Shown in pieces: positions 55,939 to 64,000 of a stretch of 64,000 bases of DNA. Every line of letters starts with the position of its first letter. The stretch's first letter is position 1. This stretch comes from an uncultured Candidatus Saccharibacteria bacterium (GTDB lineage Bacteria; Patescibacteriota; Doudnabacteria; UBA920). The translations under genes and the position numbers were made by a program. The DNA is taken from contig CAZEKH010000003.1 in the NCBI GenBank assembly GCA_964512925.1, positions 16,772 to 80,771 of the forward strand, in the 5' to 3' direction. Under the pieces are notes generated by a model. The model ran no database searches and had not been told where the DNA came from. It saw only the letters and a program-made list of their open reading frames with translations.

Positions 55939-58585
55939 TTCGGCCAGGGCTTTCTGATTTACTGATTATCTGTTTGCCTGATTTACTCACCTGCTCATTG
56001 GTTACCATTTTTATAGGTTGCGGCTCTTCTGCTCTGGGCTGGACATTGATTTTAAATATAGTATAAACCATTTGCTTGTTGATTTCAGCAATCATCCTTT
56101 GGAACATTGAAAAGCCTTCTTTTTTGTATTCCACCAAAGGATCGCGCTGTCCGTAGCCGCGAAGACGCACGGAATCGCGCAAATGATCCATGGTATCCAG
56201 ATGCTCCATCCAAAGTTCGTCTAAAGACTGGAGCGCGACAAAACGCATAGCTCCGTCAAAGACCGACGCGCCCATTTCTTTTTCCTTTTTCTCAAAAGCT
56301 TCCACAGCAGATTTATAAATGGCGTCAGCCGAGGCAAACTCGGAATCAGCTGCGTTTTCCATAGCTTGCTCAATATTTTTCCTCAAGTTTTCAGGAATCG
56401 GAAAAATGGCAGCTGCCTGCTTAGCCAAATCCGAAGCGTTTGGATTTTCTGAAGAAAGAAAATACATTTTAACCAAAGCATCAATTTCTTCTCTAAGAAT
56501 GCTTAAAAATTCCTGCTTTAGAGCATTTTCATCGCCGGCTTTAAGTTCAACTCCGGGCAAATATTTGCGTCTGCGTTTGTAGATGACATTGCGTTGGTGG
56601 TTTAAAACATCGTCAAATTCCAGCACGTGCTTTCTGGTGTCAAAATTCAGACCCTCAATTTTTTTCTGCGCCTGCTCAATGCTTTTTGACACCATACCCG
56701 CTTCTATGGGCTGGTCTTCGGGCATATTGAAAACATCCATCATTTTTTTCATCCGGTCGCCGCCAAAAAGCCTCATCAAATCGTCTTCCATCGAAACAAA
56801 AAACTGGGTAGAACCCGGGTCGCCCTGCCTGCCGCTTCGGCCGCGTAGCTGGTTGTCTATGCGCCTGGACTCGTGCCGTTCACTGCCTATGACATGAAGA
56901 CCTCCGGCCTTGCGCACTATTTCAGCTTCGTCTGGGTCAACAGGATTTCCGCCTAAAAGTATATCCACGCCGCGTCCGGCAATGTTGGTAGCCAAAGTAA
57001 CCGCTCCCGGTCGCCCAGCTTGGGCAATTATCTGAGCTTCTCGTTCGTGATTTTTAGCGTTTAGAGTTTCAAAAGGCACTCCGGTTTTTTTTAAAAACTC
57101 AGCCAAAATCTCGTTTTTAGCAATGCTTACAGTACCAAGCAAAACTGGCTGCCGGTTTTGATACCTCTGTTTTACTTCCTGTGCTATGGCTTGAAACTTG
57201 GCTTTTTCGGTTTTGTAAACCAGATCCGACCCATCTTTTCTAACAAGAGGTTTGTTGGTTGGTATGACCTCGACTTGCAACTTGTAAATTTTGAAAAATT
57301 CTTCTTCTTCGGTTAAAGCAGTGCCTGTCATACCGGATAAATAAGCATATAATCGAAACAAATTTTGAAAAGTGATGGTTGCCAGAGTTTTGCTTTCAGC
57401 CTGAATTTTTACTCCTTCTTTGGCTTCTATGGCCTGGTGAAGTCCCTGGCTGTACCTCCTGCCAAACATCATCCTTCCCGTAAATTCGTCGACAATAACA
57501 ATCTCCCCTTCTTTGGCAACGTAGTCGCGGTCTTTTTTATATAGAGTTTTTGCTCTCAGAGCCTGTTCAATATGGTGAATAGTAGCCACTCCTTTGGAGG
57601 TATCATAAATATTTGGGACTTTTAAAAGTTCTTCGATTTTACCTATTCCATCATCTGTTAAATTTACGCTTTTATGCTTTTCATCGATAACAAAATGCTT
57701 TGTTTCTTCCAAGTGTTCTACCAATTTGGCAAAATCATAATATTTTTGTGTAGGCTCTGCGTCTGGAGCGGAAATTATAAGAGGAGTTCTGGCTTCATCT
57801 ATCAAAATTGAGTCCACTTCATCCACGATGGCAAAAAACAAATCGCGTTGGGACATTTGAGAAAAATGCTGCGCCATATTGTCGCGTAGGTAATCAAAAC
57901 CAAACTCATTGTTGGTGCCGTAAGTAATATCGGCAGAATAAGCCTCTTTTCGGCTGATCGGCCTCATATGCTTAACATCCATAACTAGCCCCTGGGTTTG
58001 CTTTTCTAACTCGGCAATTTCCGCGTCTTCAGGCTGGTAAGCCGGATCATAGAAAAAAGACGCTTCGTGCTGGATAGAAGAGGTTGTCAGTCCCAGATAG
58101 TGAAAAATTTTTCCCATTTGGCTCGCCTGCCATCTTGCCAAATAATCATTTACGGTGACTAAATGAGCGCCTTTGCCCGCCAATGCGTATAGAACTAAAG
58201 GTAAAGTTGCCGTAAGGGTTTTACCTTCCCCTGTTTTCATTTCAGCAATTCTATTTTCAGCCAAGGCAAAACCTCCTGCAAGCTGGACTTCATAATGAAA
58301 CTGACCTATGGTTCGGCTTGCCGCTTCTCTGGTTAAAGCAAAAACCCTCGGGGCTTTTTTAAAAAGAGTTTTTGAAAATTCCTGTTTTTTTTCAAACTCG
58401 TCACCCTGCAAACTTTCGAAGAATTCAGAAAAATACTTTCTAATTTCAGAAATCTCATTTTTTATCTGATCTTCGGTAAATGATTTAATTTCCGCCGAAT
58501 ATGAATTTGTTTCTTGTATTAAATCTTTATATTTTTCTAATGGCGATCTTTTTTTGAACAAATTGGCAAAAATATTCATATGCAA
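55883..58585 (-). CDS. secA: Preprotein translocase ATPase SecA
   Basis: 900 aa; DEAD-like motor, PPXD, C-terminal zinc finger CPCGSGKKYKKCHG. Confidence 0.97.
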   Translation of the reverse strand: MHMNIFANLFKKRSPLEKYKDLIQETNSYSAEIKSFTEDQIKNEISEIRKYFSEFFESLQGDEFEKKQEFSKTLFKKAPRVFALTREAASRTIGQFHYEVQLAGGFALAENRIAEMKTGEGKTLTATLPLVLYALAGKGAHLVTVNDYLARWQASQMGKIFHYLGLTTSSIQHEASFFYDPAYQPEDAEIAELEKQTQGLVMDVKHMRPISRKEAYSADITYGTNNEFGFDYLRDNMAQHFSQMSQRDLFFAIVDEVDSILIDEARTPLIISAPDAEPTQKYYDFAKLVEHLEETKHFVIDEKHKSVNLTDDGIGKIEELLKVPNIYDTSKGVATIHHIEQALRAKTLYKKDRDYVAKEGEIVIVDEFTGRMMFGRRYSQGLHQAIEAKEGVKIQAESKTLATITFQNLFRLYAYLSGMTGTALTEEEEFFKIYKLQVEVIPTNKPLVRKDGSDLVYKTEKAKFQAIAQEVKQRYQNRQPVLLGTVSIAKNEILAEFLKKTGVPFETLNAKNHEREAQIIAQAGRPGAVTLATNIAGRGVDILLGGNPVDPDEAEIVRKAGGLHVIGSERHESRRIDNQLRGRSGRQGDPGSTQFFVSMEDDLMRLFGGDRMKKMMDVFNMPEDQPIEAGMVSKSIEQAQKKIEGLNFDTRKHVLEFDDVLNHQRNVIYKRRRKYLPGVELKAGDENALKQEFLSILREEIDALVKMYFLSSENPNASDLAKQAAAIFPIPENLRKNIEQAMENAADSEFASADAIYKSAVEAFEKKEKEMGASVFDGAMRFVALQSLDELWMEHLDTMDHLRDSVRLRGYGQRDPLVEYKKEGFSMFQRMIAEINKQMVYTIFKINVQPRAEEPQPIKMVTNEQVSKSGKQIISKSESPGRNDPCPCGSGKKYKKCHGK

Positions 58586-58603
58586 AATATATCAATAAAA
58601 TAG

Positions 58604-61600
58604 CTACTTGATAATTCTCGGATCATTTTTTACCATAATTGGTAAAACCGGTCCTTTTTTAATGGCTGAAATATCGGTTTGATTGGCTTTAACAATAGGC
58701 AAGTTTGTTGTTTGCCTATTACTGTTTAATACTTCTAAAGAAGGTGCCGGTATGTATCCTTCCGGATGAAAATAATAAACGCTTTTTCCTATTCTTACCC
58801 AGCTTCCCCAAGGATGTTCCGTCCTGGGAGAAATAAAACCATAAACTTCGGGTAACTTATAACCGGTCAAGTCAGCTTTGATTACATTTTTTAAAGAGTA
58901 TCCCAGACCAGAAAATATAGAAAAGGAAGGAAATGGTATTTTACTGTTTTCATAAATATAATAAACAGTTTTGTTTTGAATAGCTAAAGATCCGGTTGGC
59001 AAGTATATGGACGGTTTAGGATTATAATTCACCGGATCGGCTTTTGTCTCAACAAGCCTGGCAAAAATCTCCATTTTTGTGAATTTACCCGGATTGTCAT
59101 TTATGATTTTAATATCGTTTTTAACCGTGCTTTGGTACGCTAACAGACTGTTTAGACTGTCAAAAGGGTATAACCCTTCAATTTTTACCAAATAAACAGT
59201 GGGATATCCGGAAAATTTCAAAACCTCGCCTTCTCTGCTGTTAAATGGCAATACTATTAAACTTAAATTTGGATTATTGCTGTTTACAGGCGGATTATTT
59301 TCCTCTGGGGCAGGGGTGGGAGTTGGAGTAGTACTTATGATTTGCGGATTAGAAGTTGGTGTTGGGGTGGGAGTTAGAGTATTAGGAACACCGCTACCAC
59401 CAGAAGAAACCTGGGTTGGAGTTGGTGTTGAATTGTTTTCCGGGGTCGGGGTAGGTGAAGCGGTGGGCGTTGGGGTTGGAGTTGGTGTAGGTGTTACAGA
59501 GGGTTCAGATAAATTCATCTGGTTATTTTCATAAGCAATTCCAAGCTGGCTGGACACGACTGAATTTAGTGAATTTAAATATTCAACTTTATAGTAAGCA
59601 ATTCGAAGGGGTATCAAAGGCAAATAAATTGTACAAGAAGTTGCGCAACTTGCATTTGCATACGAATCAGAATTTTCAAAAAAATACGTTTTATATGTGG
59701 CAGTGGAAGTTGCGGTCGCTACGCAAGATTCCCTTCTACCGTAACAAAAATAATCCGTTGGGCTTCCGTTTTCAACATAACCAAATTTTACCCTTGCCTG
59801 CGTGATGCCCATACCTGTTGGCGCTGTTAGGCTTAAGGCTGCCGGAATAAATGTTTTTCTGTCAATTCCGTCAGCTGTATAAGCAGGCGGATTTTTTATC
59901 ATCCAAATATCAGTCCTCTGCCCATTACCCCAGGTAATACCGGACATAAGCCAAGATCCGTCCGGGATCGGGGTTGCGTTAGAGTATGTGTCTGCCCAAT
60001 TGTATTTTTCCAATTTTTGTGTTAGGTGAACAGGCGAAGACGACCCTGAAGAAGCATAATATTTTGCAATGCCCAAAGAAGCGGCGGGCATAGAAAAGAA
60101 GCACGGCTTGGTGTAATCATAAGACCAACCGCAGTAACCGTCCAAGTAAAGCCCCGGCGCGTTAAAATATACGTCTCCAGCCGATGATCCGGCATAACAT
60201 TCACCAGCCTGATAAACATAACAAAATTTCCAATTGTCAGAATCAGCTGAGGTTATAGAAGAGTTGTATCCGCTAATATCTCCGAGTAATTTGCGACCGG
60301 CAAAAAACACCTGGGGCAAAGTTTTGTAACTTGTCGGAGTGGTTTTGTTTGCCGAGGCTATTTTATATAAATTGCCTGAAATTTGAGTAACGCCGCTTTG
60401 TGTCCACAAACCCCAATCCCCGCCTGATTGTCCGGCCAAGGGGGTTCCATCAAAATAAAAATTAGCTTCTTCGCCAGTGGCATTTACCTGCCTCCAAGAT
60501 GGATGGGTTTGGATATATTGCCCGGCCAGGCTGGTATTGTTTACATCTATCCTGTCAAAACCATAAACTCCGCGTTGAAGCGTGCTGGAAACCGCTGCTA
60601 AAGTTGTTGTTGACCAATTCGGCCATATATCATTTCTAAACGTGTTATATACGCCGTCATATGAGGACATAATAACACCTAAACTAATATCGCCGTGCTG
60701 CGCGGATTGAAGCGTTCTAAATGGCAGCATATTGTCTCCGTGCAAATCATCTCCTTTCCACGCAACATAACCGGCTCCTGTGCACGACTGACATGCCATT
60801 TCAATCTGCCATGTCCCAGAGAATGAGCGTTTTCCAAATGGATGCCAGGGATAATCCAAAGTTGCGGAATGATATTTTTTATAATCCCTTAAAATTACCC
60901 ATTGGTTTCCGCCTAACGATTTGACAAACAATATGCCTTCCTTGGTTCCCCCGCTGTCTGCCGCCTGAGCCTGGTCGCCAACCTGGATATCCATTGTGGG
61001 CGTGGTTGCAGCTGAATTTAGCTGGACTTTTGAAGCATCCCAAGTGCAATCTAAAAGATTTGAGCTTTCCCATGAATTCGGGTTTGCTTTACAAGGCTCT
61101 CCCTGAACAGTGATTGTCGCGCAGTTAGAGCCAGTAGCTCCATCATCCTTATAAACCTGATCTATATCCGAAGGGCAAGTTTCTGTATAAGTGTTAGACA
61201 TTGTGGAAGTGCCGGTTGAACCCACCTGAGTAACGCCGACTTTGTAAGTATCGCCCTGCAAATCTTTGGAAACCCAAAAATTGTATTGATCATTGCCTGC
61301 ATTTTGAAAAGTGTGTGCACCCGACCACCTATGAGGAGCTTTTGAAAAACTGTCAGAGCCTGAAGTTAAAAGACCGGTTGCGGCATTGACAGCGATTAAA
61401 TACGAAGGGTAATCTTGCCCCGCCCAACAACCTACATATATATAAGTTCCTTGCTGAGAGTATGAGCAATAAGGATATCTTGCTGTGTCATAACCATTTG
61501 GATCATTCGCTTCAGCCTGCTGCCAAAGACCTGTTCCTGACGAAGGCTTTGTTAATCTAACTATAGTTTTATATAGCATTGAACCGTCAGAGGTAGTTGA

Positions 61601-63304
61601 AGTCTGATAATTTCCTGTGTAAGTGATTTCCGTAAGGCTAGGGCCATATCCATTTTCAGATGCTTCTCCTACATAACATAAAAACTTGTTCGGATTGGTC
61701 GGATGAAACATCAAATTTGCCCCACAGTCTCCTACTGCTGTCTGGTCAATAGTTGTTGTTGGTGAGAAATAATTAAAAGGAACTTGTATAAAACCCAAAT
61801 ACACGCTTCTTTCCAAAGAAGGTATCCATTCAAAAACCTGACTATTTTTCTTGCACATATAGGCAGTCACCCCTAAATTCGGGTCAGTAAACGAATTGGT
61901 ATTACAGGGAAAATACGAACCATTTGCAGGAGTTTGAAATTGGTCAGAAGCAGCATATCGCATTTTAACTCCATCAACACTCAAAGTGTCTGAAGCGGCG
62001 CTACTTTTTCGAATTAACAGTCCTGTGTTGTTTGCTAAATATGAAGCGCCTGTCTGAGTGCCGGCAGATGAAGACAAAGTCAAAGATTTATTGTGATTAT
62101 AGGAGCTGATAGTATATTCGACTCCGCCAATAGTAATTTTCGTTCCCGCTGTCCAAACCGGGGGAAATGTGTTTCCAGAAATCCAGGTTACAGAAGTGCC
62201 TGAAGTATTTACAGTTCCGGTTTTTGTAGCCAAATCTGGTCTACCTGGGGGGTTTGGAAATCCAACGCCTTTCCAGCCATTTAGCATTGGGGTAGCAAAA
62301 TTGGAAGGAAAAGTTGTTGTTGAGGCTGAGCTGCCAACCGTAATGGATTTCCAGGCGGTTGAACAGGAAATTCCATTAACCGAAATGCAAATTTGAGCAT
62401 TTTGATCATCTGGATTATATGCTTTGATCTGAACTTCAATATCATCTAAAGATTTGCCGATAGTTGTCCATTTTGAATCATTTTGGCAATTACTGTTTGG
62501 GCAAATGGTATCAAATCTTACAAATAAAGGAGAAGTTGTGGATGTTACTGTGGCGTACGAACCATCTATTAAATTTCCATTTGAATCAGAAGACCAGCCG
62601 CCGTTTGGCGCATATGCTACAAGCGAGCTGGTAGCAGTAGTGGTACTTACACCGTAAGTTTGGGGGCGAGTAAAAGGCACCAGTTTCACTCCGGTGTGAG
62701 GGTCATAAAAACTGAAAGATGAGGAGGAAAAATCAATTGTAGGGAAAGCATAATTATCCGGCGCGTTGGAATCATATATTTGCGGCTCGCCGAAATCCGA
62801 CGGTTGCAAGGTATCCGTAGTAAAAGTTCCTGTAGAAATATCTCCGTCGCAATTTATGCGAAAATAGTGCAGAGTATTGTTTTGTAAAGCCCTGGAATAA
62901 TAATTCCCATCGACTCCGGCCTCAGCCTTCCTTTTTCCGATTACAATCATTCTTGACGTGGAGGTGGCCAAACTGGTATCTCTTAAGATATCTATATTTG
63001 AATTGGAAAACAAAGATCCGTTTACATCATTGACGACTGGGGTGTATGAAGAACTTTCACTGACCTCCAAAGTACAGGCTGTTAAATCATCAGTTTCATA
63101 ACTGAGCACGGCCTGAGTGGGCGTGGTTAAAGATACGGTAATAGAACTGTTTAAGCCCAAAATTTGGCCGATTTTGCGACCAATTTGAGTTTCCGAAACC
63201 AGAATTGCGGAACAAGAAACCGCCCCAAATATAAAAATCGCCATTAAAATGATAAAATAATGGTGATTTTTATTATTCAGATAAATTTTGAGCTGATTTA
63301 GCAT
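58604..63304 (-). CDS. Giant (1566 aa) secreted/surface protein with an N-terminal signal-anchor, a large Ser/Thr/Gly/Asn/Tyr/Trp-rich beta-type ectodomain, a Pro-Thr linker and a C-terminal domain
   Basis: Single uninterrupted ORF; N-terminal hydrophobic segment FIILMAIFIFGAVSCSA; PTPTPTPTPTASPTPTPENNSTPTPT...TPTPTPAPEENNPP linker; no family recognised. Confidence 0.7.
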   Translation of the reverse strand: MLNQLKIYLNNKNHHYFIILMAIFIFGAVSCSAILVSETQIGRKIGQILGLNSSITVSLTTPTQAVLSYETDDLTACTLEVSESSSYTPVVNDVNGSLFSNSNIDILRDTSLATSTSRMIVIGKRKAEAGVDGNYYSRALQNNTLHYFRINCDGDISTGTFTTDTLQPSDFGEPQIYDSNAPDNYAFPTIDFSSSSFSFYDPHTGVKLVPFTRPQTYGVSTTTATSSLVAYAPNGGWSSDSNGNLIDGSYATVTSTTSPLFVRFDTICPNSNCQNDSKWTTIGKSLDDIEVQIKAYNPDDQNAQICISVNGISCSTAWKSITVGSSASTTTFPSNFATPMLNGWKGVGFPNPPGRPDLATKTGTVNTSGTSVTWISGNTFPPVWTAGTKITIGGVEYTISSYNHNKSLTLSSSAGTQTGASYLANNTGLLIRKSSAASDTLSVDGVKMRYAASDQFQTPANGSYFPCNTNSFTDPNLGVTAYMCKKNSQVFEWIPSLERSVYLGFIQVPFNYFSPTTTIDQTAVGDCGANLMFHPTNPNKFLCYVGEASENGYGPSLTEITYTGNYQTSTTSDGSMLYKTIVRLTKPSSGTGLWQQAEANDPNGYDTARYPYCSYSQQGTYIYVGCWAGQDYPSYLIAVNAATGLLTSGSDSFSKAPHRWSGAHTFQNAGNDQYNFWVSKDLQGDTYKVGVTQVGSTGTSTMSNTYTETCPSDIDQVYKDDGATGSNCATITVQGEPCKANPNSWESSNLLDCTWDASKVQLNSAATTPTMDIQVGDQAQAADSGGTKEGILFVKSLGGNQWVILRDYKKYHSATLDYPWHPFGKRSFSGTWQIEMACQSCTGAGYVAWKGDDLHGDNMLPFRTLQSAQHGDISLGVIMSSYDGVYNTFRNDIWPNWSTTTLAAVSSTLQRGVYGFDRIDVNNTSLAGQYIQTHPSWRQVNATGEEANFYFDGTPLAGQSGGDWGLWTQSGVTQISGNLYKIASANKTTPTSYKTLPQVFFAGRKLLGDISGYNSSITSADSDNWKFCYVYQAGECYAGSSAGDVYFNAPGLYLDGYCGWSYDYTKPCFFSMPAASLGIAKYYASSGSSSPVHLTQKLEKYNWADTYSNATPIPDGSWLMSGITWGNGQRTDIWMIKNPPAYTADGIDRKTFIPAALSLTAPTGMGITQARVKFGYVENGSPTDYFCYGRRESCVATATSTATYKTYFFENSDSYANASCATSCTIYLPLIPLRIAYYKVEYLNSLNSVVSSQLGIAYENNQMNLSEPSVTPTPTPTPTPTASPTPTPENNSTPTPTQVSSGGSGVPNTLTPTPTPTSNPQIISTTPTPTPAPEENNPPVNSNNPNLSLIVLPFNSREGEVLKFSGYPTVYLVKIEGLYPFDSLNSLLAYQSTVKNDIKIINDNPGKFTKMEIFARLVETKADPVNYNPKPSIYLPTGSLAIQNKTVYYIYENSKIPFPSFSIFSGLGYSLKNVIKADLTGYKLPEVYGFISPRTEHPWGSWVRIGKSVYYFHPEGYIPAPSLEVLNSNRQTTNLPIVKANQTDISAIKKGPVLPIMVKNDPRIIK
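59270..59500. repeat. Low-complexity GGTGTTGG/GGAGTTGG-type nucleotide repeats encoding the Pro-Thr linker of the giant protein
   Basis: Reiterated ggggtgggagttggagt..gttggtgttggggtgggagtt..ggggttggagttggtgtaggtgtt read directly; coding, not a CRISPR array. Confidence 0.75.
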
Positions 63305-63364
63305 TTGCGAAAAATTTCTAAAATATTATCTCATAAATTTAAAAGCTTGTCAATTTTAAAATCG

Positions 63365-63682
63365 CTACTTACCTCTTCTTTTAAGTGAAATTTTCTTGTC
63401 TTTATTTTTTGCTAGTTGCTCCTTAATTTTTAAGATTGCCGAGTCTAAAGCTGTATAAAAATCCGGCCCCCAAGAATCCGCATAATAACCTCTTGGCTGT
63501 AAGTCTATTTCTGCCCGATGAACTAGCCCACTTTGGTGTTTTTTTGACACTTCAAGCTCTACGCGCACTTTGTCTTCACTTTTCAAAAACTTTTGTATAG
63601 TGCTGATTTTATCTTCTATAAACTCCCTGATTGGCGGTGTTAATGTTGTATTGGTAGCTTTGATTGTTATTGGATTTTTCAT
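63365..63682 (-). CDS. hpf: Ribosome hibernation promoting factor (HPF/RaiA, short form)
   Basis: 105 aa; ITIKATNTTLTPPIREFIEDKISTIQKFL..VRVELEVSKKHQSGLVHRAEI typical HPF fold sequence. Confidence 0.88.
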   Translation of the reverse strand: MKNPITIKATNTTLTPPIREFIEDKISTIQKFLKSEDKVRVELEVSKKHQSGLVHRAEIDLQPRGYYADSWGPDFYTALDSAILKIKEQLAKNKDKKISLKRRGK

Positions 63683-63719
63683 ACTGTAAAAATTAATTAT
63701 TAATAATATTATAACATAG

Positions 63720-64000
63720 TCATAGTTTTGTTTTGTCTATGCCGAGAAACTCCGGTTCTATCTGAAGTTTTATACCGGTTTGGTTAAAAACAGACTCAAT
63801 AACCAACTTGGCTAAATTTAATACATCTGAGCTTGAAGCCTGCCCAGTGCTGTTGATTATAACCAAAGGCTGGTTGGAATTTATCTTTGCTCCTCCAGAT
63901 TTTAGGTTTTTTAGTCCGCAAATTTCTATCAAATACGCGGAAGGAATTTTTACGATTCGTTCTTCACGAAAAATTTTTGATTCCAAATCATCAGCTTTCG
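63720..64000 (-). CDS. murB: UDP-N-acetylenolpyruvoylglucosamine reductase, C-terminal part (gene runs off the window edge)
   Basis: C-terminal MurB domain (ERIVKIPSAYLIEICGLKNLKSGGAKINSNQPLVIINSTGQASSSDVLNLAKLVIESV); the ORF is open to the end of the window. Confidence 0.8.
   Translation of the reverse strand, partial: KADDLESKIFREERIVKIPSAYLIEICGLKNLKSGGAKINSNQPLVIINSTGQASSSDVLNLAKLVIESVFNQTGIKLQIEPEFLGIDKTKL

Noticed and set aside
59270-59500. Repetitive GGTGTTGG/GGAGTTGG array considered as a CRISPR-like or satellite repeat
   Set aside because: Units are short, irregular and unspaced. They lie in-frame inside the giant ORF encoding a PT linker. No cas genes are present.

Overview
AT-rich, very gene-dense window with almost every gene on the minus strand, arranged in long co-directional operons. 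The gene content suggests a small-genome bacterium of the Patescibacteria/CPR type: a minimal CCA-adding enzyme, a GxxExxY gene and a lipoprotein gene inserted into the ATP synthase operon, pilin-like tandem-domain proteins, a sigma70-region-4 fusion protein and a 1566-aa surface protein with a Pro-Thr linker. This assignment is inference from content, not a database result. Reading from high to low coordinate on the minus strand the window holds: murB (truncated at the window edge), hpf, the giant surface protein, secA, a DUF218 protein, a NUDIX hydrolase, DUF1653, tsaC/sua5, pepN, secDF, a sigma4/HTH protein, a VirD4/TraD-like P-loop ATPase with a membrane partner, then thioredoxin on the plus strand. 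Next comes a long cell-envelope cluster (dacA, mraY, an amidohydrolase, murD, ftsW, a membrane protein, murJ, lepA, lipoproteins, ftsB-like, a parvulin PPIase, a pilin-like protein, murI), tRNA-Thr with duplicated 3' ends, and a complete F1Fo ATP synthase operon. After that are a CCA-adding enzyme and a tRNA island: tRNA-Asp, tRNA-Met, and an initiator tRNA-fMet interrupted by a compact group I intron, next to a small GIY-YIG gene bracketed by duplicated tRNA 5' ends and accompanied by several decayed tRNA fragments and GC-rich palindromes. The low-coordinate end holds hsp20 (plus strand, behind a CIRCE-like operator), an rmuC/NYN/PIN/wHTH operon, a UvrD-type helicase-nuclease fusion, a thrombospondin-type-3-repeat membrane protein, a split mitochondrial-like PheRS (pheS with a C-terminal FDX-ACB domain plus a standalone tRNA-binding-domain gene), gyrB, greA and lysS. 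No rRNA, CRISPR array, transposase or integrase was recognised.
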